A stretch of DNA of 64,000 nucleotides. Origin: Candidatus Krumholzibacteriales bacterium. Lineage in GTDB: Bacteria > Krumholzibacteriota > Krumholzibacteriia > Krumholzibacteriales > WJIX01. Where the stretch lies: contig JAWODM010000046.1 in assembly GCA_046483305.1 (NCBI GenBank), forward strand, positions 1 to 64,000, given 5' to 3'. The notes under the pieces are model-generated. The model worked only from the letters and a program-made list of their open reading frames with translations, was not told the origin of the DNA and ran no database searches. Within the stretch, counting starts at the first letter, position 1. Each line of letters opens with the position of its first letter. The translations under genes and the position numbers were made by a program. Positions 40,001 through 49,021 of the stretch are shown in pieces.

Positions 40001-41236
40001 CTATTCGTAATGCAGGGCAACCACAGGGTCGAGGGCTGCCGCCTTGCTCGCCGGATACGTACCGAAGATAACGCCTATCAGGAAGGTTACGGTAAGGCCT
40101 GCCGCAATAGACCATGGCGCTATGATATAGGGCAGCGGAGAAACAAAGGATATCACCGCCGCTATGGTAAACCCTATGATAATTCCTATCATTCCGCCCA
40201 CCAGCGAAAGGGTCACCGATTCGACTATGAACTGCCATATTATGTTAACTCTCCTGGCGCCCATCGCCTTCCTTATCCCAATCTCCCGGGTCCTTTCGGT
40301 GACCGAAACCAGCATGATATTCATCAGCACAATACCCCCGATCACCAGAGCGATGGAAACCAGGAAGATCAAGGCCTTGAATATCGAGCTGGACAGGCTT
40401 TTCCATAGGGAAATCAGTTGTTCCGAAGTAGAGATAGCGAAGTCATTCGTTTCTCCGGGCCGCAGCCCGTGCCTTATCCGCATAGCCACAGTGGCCTCTT
40501 CTATGGACCGCTGAAGGTATTCCACGTCCTCTGACTTTACCTTTATTTCTAAGGAGGTCCTGGAACCGTAAATTTTAAGAAATCTTGTGACAGGTATATA
40601 GACAAAGCGGTTTCTCGATTCGCCAAAAATGGTGCCCTGATCCTCAATAACCCCTATGACCTCAAAGTGCTGTCCCCCTATCTTGATAGTCTTGCCGATC
40701 GGATTCCTGTTATCAAAAAGGCTGGTGTAGATATCCCAGCCTATTACGGCCACTTTCCTGCTTCGTTTTACCTCCAGCCTGGATATATGCCTGCCCGCGA
40801 AGAGATCGACATTCTCCAGCACCGGGTATTCCTCAGACCTTCCCCTTATCCTGATATTATCGAAAGATTCATCCAGGAAGGATACCTGGTCCCGCCCGTT
40901 CGCCCCGCCGCCGATGCTGGATGCCGAAGGGACCATCTCCTTGAGGTAATCAACGTCATCGAGGCGGATAATCCTGTTCCTGGCTACCGCTTCCAGGAAA
41001 GTGTCCAGGTCTGTTATGGCTTCCAGAAAGTTGATCCTCTCGATGGTAAATACGTTGCTGCCCTCGCTGGCAACCTCTTCCTTTACATAATCGTCAATAC
41101 CGCCTATAAGCGACACTACAGCAATAACAGACATGGTCCCCACTATATTGCCAAGCAGGGTCAGAAAAGTCCGCAGTTTGTTATCAATCAAAGCCCTCAG
41201 GGCTATTCTTACACCTTCAAGAGTCATCCTTACCAA
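40001..41236 (-). CDS. MacB/FtsX-type ABC transporter permease
   Basis: NKLRTFLTLLG; MNIMLVSVTERTREIGIRKAMGA; DPVVALHYE. Confidence 0.92.
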   Translation of the reverse strand: MVRMTLEGVRIALRALIDNKLRTFLTLLGNIVGTMSVIAVVSLIGGIDDYVKEEVASEGSNVFTIERINFLEAITDLDTFLEAVARNRIIRLDDVDYLKEMVPSASSIGGGANGRDQVSFLDESFDNIRIRGRSEEYPVLENVDLFAGRHISRLEVKRSRKVAVIGWDIYTSLFDNRNPIGKTIKIGGQHFEVIGVIEDQGTIFGESRNRFVYIPVTRFLKIYGSRTSLEIKVKSEDVEYLQRSIEEATVAMRIRHGLRPGETNDFAISTSEQLISLWKSLSSSIFKALIFLVSIALVIGGIVLMNIMLVSVTERTREIGIRKAMGARRVNIIWQFIVESVTLSLVGGMIGIIIGFTIAAVISFVSPLPYIIAPWSIAAGLTVTFLIGVIFGTYPASKAAALDPVVALHYE

Positions 41237-41260
41237 TTGATCCCTTACTGCCGCGGGCGT

Positions 41261-42472
41261 TTAATCATTCTTTATTTCTACTCTCTGGCCGTCCTTCAGT
41301 TCCCTTATCGCTTTATAGTCGCCGCTCACGACATTCTCCCCCGTCAGAACGCCTGATATGACTTCAAAATACCTGCTCCCCGAAATACCTACCTTTACCG
41401 GCTTGAAGACCGCCTTGCCGCCATCCACAACGAATACTCCCTCCACATCCTGCTTCCCGCCGGTGCTGTCCGCGGATGAGATGTTCCTGATTTCTTCCCT
41501 CTGCCTGACAGTAAGGCTCTGAATCGGTATACTGACCGCGCTGTCGCGCCTGGCAACAATAATATCGGAATCCGCGGAGAGGCCGGGCCTGACCCCGGGG
41601 ATGGTATCGGTTAATGTAATTACTACCTTGAAGTCGACTCCCCGCTGGCCGCTGACCGAGGAGGCGCTGTAAATGGGGCTGTTGCCGATTTCGGTAACTT
41701 CCCCCTCATAGGTTGTGTCGGGATAGGCGTCCAGAGTAACCTCAGCCGGATCCCCGATATTTATATAAACCACCTCTGTTTCGTCAACTTCCACTTCCGT
41801 TTCGATCCTGGAAAGATCAGCGACGGTCATCAGAACGGTGCCGGGATTGTTTATGGTGCCCATGATAGCGGTCTCCCCCTCCTCCACATTAAGCCTGGTC
41901 ACCACTCCGTCCATACCAGCGTTTATGGTCACCTCGTCAAGGTCGTGGCGGGCGCTTTTCAGCATCGCCTTCTGCTGCGCAACGTTCTGCCCGCTGGCTT
42001 CGTAGTTGGCCAGGGCAACCTCGTAAGCGGTCTCAGCCGCTTCCACCTCTTCATCGGTCCTATACCCCTGCCGGTACAGTTTCCTGGCCCGCTCAAGTTC
42101 ATTCTCCCTCTGTTTCAACTGATAGAGGGCCTGTTTTCTGGAAGCCCTGGCGGCTTCCACCGAAGCTTTCAGGCGCATTACACTCGATTCCAGCTCGGCC
42201 GGGTCGATCTGCATCAGAAACTGGCCTTTCTTAACAGTATCCCCTTCCTCGACTGCAATATCGGTGATCTTTCCGATCACACTGGCGCTGACGTCGATCT
42301 TACGCTTGGGCCGGATGCTCCCCGATGCGGATATCACCATGGAGAGGTCCCTCTTCCTGATTTCTTCCACTTCCACCTTCATACCCTTACCCCTGCTGGC
42401 TCTCAGATTTATAATTATCAGTACAGCCACCAGCAGCACTACCCCTGTGAGCAGCCAGTATTTCTTTTTCAT
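41261..42472 (-). CDS. MacA/HlyD-family periplasmic adaptor
   Basis: N-terminal TM, lipoyl half-motifs (VEEGDTVKKGQ; AGMDGVV), coiled-coil hairpin, VDETE. Confidence 0.92.
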   Translation of the reverse strand: MKKKYWLLTGVVLLVAVLIIINLRASRGKGMKVEVEEIRKRDLSMVISASGSIRPKRKIDVSASVIGKITDIAVEEGDTVKKGQFLMQIDPAELESSVMRLKASVEAARASRKQALYQLKQRENELERARKLYRQGYRTDEEVEAAETAYEVALANYEASGQNVAQQKAMLKSARHDLDEVTINAGMDGVVTRLNVEEGETAIMGTINNPGTVLMTVADLSRIETEVEVDETEVVYINIGDPAEVTLDAYPDTTYEGEVTEIGNSPIYSASSVSGQRGVDFKVVITLTDTIPGVRPGLSADSDIIVARRDSAVSIPIQSLTVRQREEIRNISSADSTGGKQDVEGVFVVDGGKAVFKPVKVGISGSRYFEVISGVLTGENVVSGDYKAIRELKDGQRVEIKND

Positions 42473-42599
42473 ATTTCCTCCCGATAACAACAAGTTACAT
42501 CGATACTCGATAATAAATTATCCGCCGCGCATGGAATATAAATATATCTGTGATCGCGCAGCCCCGCAGTTACGATTGTGATACCAGACGGTTAAACAT

Positions 42600-43304
42600 T
42601 TATTCGCCGCCGCCCGCCGGTTTCAGGTTGTTCCCGCTGTCTGTTTCGATCTTCCCGTCTTTCAGATGCAGTATCCTGCTGCCGTGAGAAGCGACATCCT
42701 CCTCATGAGTGACCATGATAATAGTATTACCGGCTTCGTGTATCTCTCTGAAAACCCCCATCAGTTCCTCGCCGGTCCTGCTGTCCAGGTTACCGGTGGG
42801 CTCATCGGCCAGTATAATTGACGGTTTATTAACCAGCGCCCGCGCTATCGCCACCCTCTGCCGCTGTCCCCCCGAAAGCTCGTTCGGACGGTGAGTAGCC
42901 CGGTTGGCAATCCCCACGCTATCCAGCGCCTCCATTGCTCTTCTCCTGCGTTCTGCCGCCGGCACTCCCGCGTATACCAGAGGAAGTTCTACATTCTGAA
43001 CCGCGTTGGCGCGTGGCAGAAGATTGAATGTCTGGAAAACAAATCCGATCTCTCTATTTCTAATGGTAGCCAGTTTGTCGTCGCTGAGATCGCTTACCTT
43101 GGAACCGTTCAGATAGTACTCTCCTTCTGTCGGGCTGTCCAGGCAGCCTATAATATTCATCAGAGTGGATTTGCCGGATCCGGACGGCCCCATCACCGCC
43201 ACATATTCATTCCTGCCTATCTGCAGGTCCACCCCGGCAACGGCGTCTATGGTATGAGTCCCCACCTGATATCTCTTTACCAGGTCCTTTACATCTATCA
43301 ACAA
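42600..43304 (-). CDS. MacB/LolD-like ABC ATP-binding protein
   Basis: [31 protein letters not shown]. Confidence 0.95.
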   Translation of the reverse strand: MLIDVKDLVKRYQVGTHTIDAVAGVDLQIGRNEYVAVMGPSGSGKSTLMNIIGCLDSPTEGEYYLNGSKVSDLSDDKLATIRNREIGFVFQTFNLLPRANAVQNVELPLVYAGVPAAERRRRAMEALDSVGIANRATHRPNELSGGQRQRVAIARALVNKPSIILADEPTGNLDSRTGEELMGVFREIHEAGNTIIMVTHEEDVASHGSRILHLKDGKIETDSGNNLKPAGGGE

Positions 43305-43318
43305 ATCAATACTCCTTT

Positions 43319-44671
43319 TTAATATTCATTATCCATCCGGCCGGTAGCCCTCTCCAGATCGGCGTAAGCAATAAGATAGTCACACTTTGCCTTTATCAAT
43401 TCTCCCCTGGCCGTGGCCAGCGAAACCTGAGCGTCTATAATCTCGAGCATGGTTCCGGCGCCGACCCTGTATCTCTCATCCGCCAGCCTTACCTCCTCGC
43501 TGGCCTGAAGCACCGTTTCGCCGGCCACCTCGATCCTCTCCTCCGCTTCGTTCATGGCAAATATAAGCTTTTTAACCTCATTCTCAACTTCCAGCCTGCT
43601 CTTTTCGAGATTGTACTCCGCGATTCTGAAATCGGCCCGGGCGGTCTTAACCCTTGAGCTGGTCTGCATTCCGTCGAATATATTGAATCTGAGATAACCG
43701 GTGACGCTCCACTGATATTCCTCTCTGAACACATCTATCGGATTATCCACCAGATCCCTGTCGTTCCAGGAATAGTTGAAATTAAGCCCCAGTGACGGAA
43801 ACCAGCCTCCCCTTGCCGACGCTATCTCAGAGTTCTGCGCCTTCAGCCGGTGCTCCAGAACCTTGATATCATCCCTGTTGTTCAGGGCAGAGTTTATCTC
43901 TCTGTCGGGATCGGTTTCCTTTTGTATTATATTCATGGTGGTATCAACCCGGAAGCTTTCCCGGTGTCCCACCTTCATCAGCTTCTTCAATTCCTCTTTT
44001 GCCATCACCAGGTTGTTTCTGGCTCCGATCACACCCAGCCTGGTATTGGAGTGCCTGACTTTCGCCTTGAGAACATCAGCGCGGGTCGCCGAGCCCGCCT
44101 CCATCAGGGCCTCCGCGCGCTCCAGATTCCTGGCCGCCTGCCTTCTGCTCTCCTTCTGCACCCTGAACAGCATTCTGTTCCGGACAACATTGTAATACGC
44201 TCTTATTACTCCGGCCGTTATCATATCCTTGGTGTACTCATAATCCGCCTCGGCCGCTTCCCTCATTTCCCTGGCTGAACTTATATTGCTGTAATTGCTC
44301 CCTCCCTGCCAGAGCATCAGATTGGCGTTAAGCCTCATGGTATAGTTCTCAAAATCAAAACCGCTGCTCTGGATAGGCCGCCCCTGTTCGTCATACTGGA
44401 CTGTCGAAGGGCCGTAAAAGGTGTGGCCGGTGTAGAGATCCAGCGAGAAGTCAGGCATAAGCCTGCCGTAACTCTGAAGCAGCGCGCTTTCAGCCTTTCT
44501 GATACCCTGGTAGCTGATACCTATGTCCGGATTATTACGCAGCGCTATGTGAAGGCATTCATCCAGAGACAGAACATCCCGCTGCTCTGCCGCCTCCGCC
44601 ACAGGGAAAACAGATGATATCAGCACGCACGCGAACAATATTCTAAGCAATAGATTGCTGAAATATTTCAT
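43319..44671 (-). CDS. TolC family outer-membrane efflux protein
   Basis: Signal peptide; [15 protein letters not shown]; two OEP repeats; [17 protein letters not shown]. Confidence 0.92.
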   Translation of the reverse strand: MKYFSNLLLRILFACVLISSVFPVAEAAEQRDVLSLDECLHIALRNNPDIGISYQGIRKAESALLQSYGRLMPDFSLDLYTGHTFYGPSTVQYDEQGRPIQSSGFDFENYTMRLNANLMLWQGGSNYSNISSAREMREAAEADYEYTKDMITAGVIRAYYNVVRNRMLFRVQKESRRQAARNLERAEALMEAGSATRADVLKAKVRHSNTRLGVIGARNNLVMAKEELKKLMKVGHRESFRVDTTMNIIQKETDPDREINSALNNRDDIKVLEHRLKAQNSEIASARGGWFPSLGLNFNYSWNDRDLVDNPIDVFREEYQWSVTGYLRFNIFDGMQTSSRVKTARADFRIAEYNLEKSRLEVENEVKKLIFAMNEAEERIEVAGETVLQASEEVRLADERYRVGAGTMLEIIDAQVSLATARGELIKAKCDYLIAYADLERATGRMDNEY

Positions 44672-44906
44672 TTCTACCTCTCTCAGTACCGGTTGTGAGT
44701 GCTCTGGTTCCGTATTTATAATAAATACGATTAGATAATAATATAGTTTCAACTATATTACCGGATTCCGGCCTATTTTTGAATACTATATTATTCATTT
44801 ACAGGTACGCCGATTTATTCCATCGCTCTGAGTGCGCAAAACGGCAAAGCCCGATTAAGGGATCAACCGTAAAGCCTGTTAATGCGTTGAATATTAAAAG
44901 GTTAAA

Positions 44907-45533
44907 TCAGTTCAGTGTGAAACGGACGGGTATGGCAACAGCCGCCTTTACCGGCTGCATCCTCTGTTTGGCAGGTTTGAACCTGTACTGTCTGACCGCA
45001 GCCATGGCCGCTTTTTCCATACTGCCGGTTACATCCGAAGTAAGCACACTAACCCTGATCACTTTCCCCTTTTCATCTATCACTACTCTCAACATTACAG
45101 TTCCCTCAATCTGGGCCTGTTTAGCCAGCTCAGGGTATCTCACCGGAACAGTCTTGATGAGTATGGGCTTCTCATCGAATGCATAGAATTTCCTGGCATC
45201 TTCGCTTTCGGCGGCGGGAGGTTCGGGAAGCTGTTCAATATCATCGAAACTGGTAGGCGCTACATCTGAAGCATCCTGGGCCTCTTCTCCCTCTTCCGCC
45301 ACTGTCGGCACTACAGGCTGGGCAACCTCTTCGGGCGGAGGAGGAAGCTCGAACTGTTCTGTAGTTTCGACACCCACAAATTCTCTCTCTTCAAGTACGT
45401 ACGGCTGAAATTCGAAAGGCGGAGAGAAGTAAAATCCGAGAAAGTGAATAATCAGGGCTGCGTAAAAAGAATTAAGCAGATACTTCGGATACCTTTCCTT
45501 GAATCTTACGTTTTCTACAGCTATTACTGCCAC
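44907..45533 (-). CDS. tonB: Energy transducer TonB
   Basis: TM helix with His, Pro/Glu-rich linker, YPELAKQAQIEGTV...FKPA...IPVRF. Confidence 0.92.
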   Translation of the reverse strand: MAVIAVENVRFKERYPKYLLNSFYAALIIHFLGFYFSPPFEFQPYVLEEREFVGVETTEQFELPPPPEEVAQPVVPTVAEEGEEAQDASDVAPTSFDDIEQLPEPPAAESEDARKFYAFDEKPILIKTVPVRYPELAKQAQIEGTVMLRVVIDEKGKVIRVSVLTSDVTGSMEKAAMAAVRQYRFKPAKQRMQPVKAAVAIPVRFTLN

Positions 45534-45554
45534 AATCTAACCTTTCAACTTAAT

Positions 45555-45959
45555 TTAGTCTTCTCCAACCGAAACGAAAGTGACATTTACAGCGTTAGCC
45601 TGTTTCAACTGATCTATAATATCGCTGACCAGCCTGTACCTGGCAAGGCGGTCTACCTTGAATGATACAACCAGGTTTCTGTTCTCTTCCAGCCTGGCGG
45701 CTATCACTCTATCGATATCATCGATCCTCATAAGCTTGTCATTTATACTGATCCGGTTAGACCTGTCAGCCCATATATTAACCAGCTTCTCTCTCTGAAG
45801 TTCGTTCCCCGACTCCGTTCTGGGGAGAGAGATGGGAAGCCCTTCTTCCATCTTGAATATAGTAGTAACCATAAAGAAAATCAGAAGAAGGAAAATAATA
45901 TCCGCCATCGAACCTGTCGGTATCTCGTTCCTTACGCCTTGTTTTTTCGATATCTTCAA
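45555..45959 (-). CDS. exbD: ExbD/TolR family protein
   Basis: SMADIIFLLLIFFMVTT. Confidence 0.92.
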   Translation of the reverse strand: MKISKKQGVRNEIPTGSMADIIFLLLIFFMVTTIFKMEEGLPISLPRTESGNELQREKLVNIWADRSNRISINDKLMRIDDIDRVIAARLEENRNLVVSFKVDRLARYRLVSDIIDQLKQANAVNVTFVSVGED

Positions 45960-45976
45960 AGCAGATACTCCTCGTC

Positions 45977-46387
45977 CTATATTTCCATGGTCCTCAAGGA
46001 TATTTTCTGGGCGTTAGCCTGCCTGAGTTCGTCCAGGATATCCATCATGAGCCTGTATTCCGCCTGCGGGTGAGTTTCTATAACTACCACCATCTCGGGA
46101 TTGACATCCAGCTTCGCTTCCACGAAATCCTTTACGTCGGCAATGGCTATGGGGCCTCTCCCGGTAGCTTCAATAGCGCCGTTGGGGAATGCCCTGAACT
46201 TCAGAACATCTTCCTGTTTCAGTTTAACGGTAGTGGATGTTTCACTCGGCAGCGACATCGGAAGGCCCTTCTCCACAGCGAACATTGTCGACACCAGGAA
46301 GAAAATAAGGAGCAGAAATGTGATATCCGACATCCCGGACATTGCAAACTCAGTAGAAACTTTGCTTGATTTCTTGATATTAATCAT
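45977..46387 (-). CDS. exbD: ExbD/TolR family protein
   Basis: GMSDITFLLLIFFLVST. Confidence 0.92.
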   Translation of the reverse strand: MINIKKSSKVSTEFAMSGMSDITFLLLIFFLVSTMFAVEKGLPMSLPSETSTTVKLKQEDVLKFRAFPNGAIEATGRGPIAIADVKDFVEAKLDVNPEMVVVIETHPQAEYRLMMDILDELRQANAQKISLRTMEI

Positions 46388-46399
46388 CTGTCCGACACC

Positions 46400-47263
46400 T
46401 TAGTCCTTTATCATACCACTTTCAATCAATTCATCAACCAGTTCGTTCGATGCTTCCTCCATCTCCAATATGAAACGGTCGATTCTGGAAACGAAGAAAG
46501 AGTGCCCGATACTGGCCGGAATCGCGATAATAAGACCTGTAGCTGTGGTAATCAGCGCCTCCTCGATACCTGACGCCACTACCTTGGCGTTTACCTGCTC
46601 AGCCTGGGCGATTGAAGCGAACGCGCTGATCATCCCTGATACGGTGCCGAGGAACCCGAGAAGGGGTGAAACCTGGGCTACCGTCGCGATAGCGACCAGT
46701 CCCCGCTCCAGGAATGATGTTTCAATACTTCCTGCCGTTTCGATGGCCTCTTTAACCGCGTCCGGACCTCTTTCCGCACGCAGAAGGCCGGCGTGAAGTA
46801 CGGCCGCAATCGGCCCCTTGGTACTCTCACAGACCCTCATGGCTCCATCAACTCCCTCGGAGCGAACAGCCGCCAGCACATTCCTCATCAACTTCCCAAC
46901 ATTGGTTCTGGCCCTGAACAGGGTAACCAGTCTTTCAATAATAAACACAGCGGCAACCAGTGAGGCTATCAGAAGCGCATGCATGAAATTGCCGCCCTTT
47001 ACATATTTTTCTCCTATCCCGCTGTTCTTGAGATTGTAGAGGATCGGCCCAAGCCTTTCCCTCTCTGCCATATCAGCGAGTTCAGAAGCAACAGAAGACG
47101 AATCGTTCTTAGCTGTAGTCAATGAATCGGAATCCGGCTGTTCCATCCACTGAGTCATCTCTGCTTCTTCAGCCTGCTGCGCGAATACCGCAGCCGGAAT
47201 CACAGCCATGAATACAGGGAGTAATATAAAGAGTACTAATTTTGCGAAGACATCATTTCTCAT
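46400..47263 (-). CDS. exbB: ExbB/TolQ/MotA proton channel with N-terminal signal peptide extension
   Basis: SPLLGFLGTVSGMI; GIEEALITTATGL. Confidence 0.92.
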   Translation of the reverse strand: MRNDVFAKLVLFILLPVFMAVIPAAVFAQQAEEAEMTQWMEQPDSDSLTTAKNDSSSVASELADMAERERLGPILYNLKNSGIGEKYVKGGNFMHALLIASLVAAVFIIERLVTLFRARTNVGKLMRNVLAAVRSEGVDGAMRVCESTKGPIAAVLHAGLLRAERGPDAVKEAIETAGSIETSFLERGLVAIATVAQVSPLLGFLGTVSGMISAFASIAQAEQVNAKVVASGIEEALITTATGLIIAIPASIGHSFFVSRIDRFILEMEEASNELVDELIESGMIKD

Positions 47264-47392
47264 GCTTATCGCTCCTTCTCAAACGTAAAGATAAAGTTAT
47301 CAGCTCCATCTTCAATCCAAGCCTCAACGTTATTTTCTTTCCTGCTTATCCTCTCTCTGCGGGAGGATCGAATTGGGTATTTATCCAGAATT

Positions 47393-47421
47393 AAAATACG
47401 CTCTAATATTAATAATGTCAA
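47393..47421 (-). promoter_or_regulatory. sigma70-type promoter upstream of exbB
   Basis: TTGACA (47416-47421), N17, TATTTT (47393-47398). Confidence 0.6.
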
Positions 47422-47452
47422 ATAAAAATTGAAACCTGGCTGTTAAACCTCA

Positions 47453-48940
47453 TCAGGACCGGTTCAGTATATCCTCCGGTATCTGCGAACTGCCTTTCAT
47501 GAGGAAATTTCCATAACCGTTCTTATCCACGAACAGGAAACGAAGGCCTTCATCCTGGGTCATTATTCTGTCCCTCTTGAAAATAGGGCTCCCTGTTCTG
47601 TTATAAATCCACAGCTGGTAGGAGCCAACATCCATACCTGAAGAAAGAAAGGGGGTGCCTCTCATAGCGGTGGAGAATCCCGGATCGCCGCTTCCATCGT
47701 CGAGCGAGCCTCCCAGCTCGAATGTCATAATTTCGTATTTGTCTTCCAGCTTCTGCAGAACCTGAATATACTCTCTTCTGTTCCTGGGTATACTCCCGTC
47801 CACTATTTCGTCAGGCTCTCCATACTTAATATAAATCCTTCCCCGGTCTGTCAGAGCGCCCCGCTGGTCCCCGGAAGAAAACCACTGTTCGCAGTAACTG
47901 ACCCTCTCTCTGAATTCTTCCAGCGCCTCATTGACCTCAGTGGCCGGGACCGGATCCTTATCCTTCCAGAATTCGTTCAGCATCTTTTCTCTCCGGCCGG
48001 GGCTGCTGGTCATGAATTCCTCGTACTTCTGATCATCGAAAGCGTATTCCGCTTCCAGAAGCTTATCCCTGTCCGGCCGCTCCCAGTTCCTGAGTTCCCA
48101 TACCACATTGAATCTGTCTCTTCTCAGAATAACTTCGCCCCCCGCATGCAGAGCAGTTAAGAACATATAGGTTCCGGAAGGATACCTGGATATATCCAGC
48201 CTCCTTATAAACGAGATATCCTTCCTGTTAATGTGAAAGGAGGAGCTGTCAGAGAAATACATCTCTTCACCTTCCAGTATCTTCATGGTTATACTGCCCT
48301 TTTTATCGAGAAACTCTTCCCCGAAACTGGTCTTTACCATACAGGTCATGGTATCCCTGGCAAGGCCGTACACCTTCATCGGGTTTGGGATTACCGTTCC
48401 ATCGGAGTTAATGCCCCAGAGAAAAACAGGTTTGCTGACGAAGGGCAGGCCGGGATCGAAACGCGGAACCCTGACTTCGGCCTCCGCCTTCGAAGAGCCA
48501 TACCTGGAGACAAATATTCCAAGCAGACTGAATTCCCTGTCATTGAGGTCCTTGATCTCGATGGATATATTGTAGTTGCCGGGCTTCACGGTAAATGAAT
48601 CCACGGCGTAAAGATACCCGCCCCCACGCTCCGCTTCCGACGCGGTTTTCAAATCCGTAATTTCCCTCTCCTCATTGAATACACTGCCACCCTCTCCCTC
48701 CAGCGATATGTTCAGGCTGACTTTAGCCCTGTAACCGGCCATATGCTGATCATATTTTATCTCATTGGAGGGAACCGCTATCTGAACCATCTGCATGGTA
48801 ATACTGTCCGAGGGAAAGTGAATGATATCCGCAAAGAATTTGAAGTCGCCGCCGCCGTTAACCTCCAGCGAGTATGCCTGCCCGGCACAGAAGAGAATCA
48901 TTGACAGGGCTAGAGATATTATGGAGATCGGGAATTTCAT
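47453..48940 (-). CDS. GWxTD domain-containing exported protein (GALTD variant)
   Basis: Signal peptide; FWKDKDPVPATEVNEALEEFRERV...QRGALTDRGRIYIKYGEPD; FLFVDKNGYGNF. Confidence 0.85.
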   Translation of the reverse strand: MKFPISIISLALSMILFCAGQAYSLEVNGGGDFKFFADIIHFPSDSITMQMVQIAVPSNEIKYDQHMAGYRAKVSLNISLEGEGGSVFNEEREITDLKTASEAERGGGYLYAVDSFTVKPGNYNISIEIKDLNDREFSLLGIFVSRYGSSKAEAEVRVPRFDPGLPFVSKPVFLWGINSDGTVIPNPMKVYGLARDTMTCMVKTSFGEEFLDKKGSITMKILEGEEMYFSDSSSFHINRKDISFIRRLDISRYPSGTYMFLTALHAGGEVILRRDRFNVVWELRNWERPDRDKLLEAEYAFDDQKYEEFMTSSPGRREKMLNEFWKDKDPVPATEVNEALEEFRERVSYCEQWFSSGDQRGALTDRGRIYIKYGEPDEIVDGSIPRNRREYIQVLQKLEDKYEIMTFELGGSLDDGSGDPGFSTAMRGTPFLSSGMDVGSYQLWIYNRTGSPIFKRDRIMTQDEGLRFLFVDKNGYGNFLMKGSSQIPEDILNRS

Positions 48941-49021
48941 GCCATACTCCTATTCAGTTGAACCGCAATAACCGATAAGCAGAATTAAATCCTATCGCAT
49001 TATATAAATATATTTAAAAAT

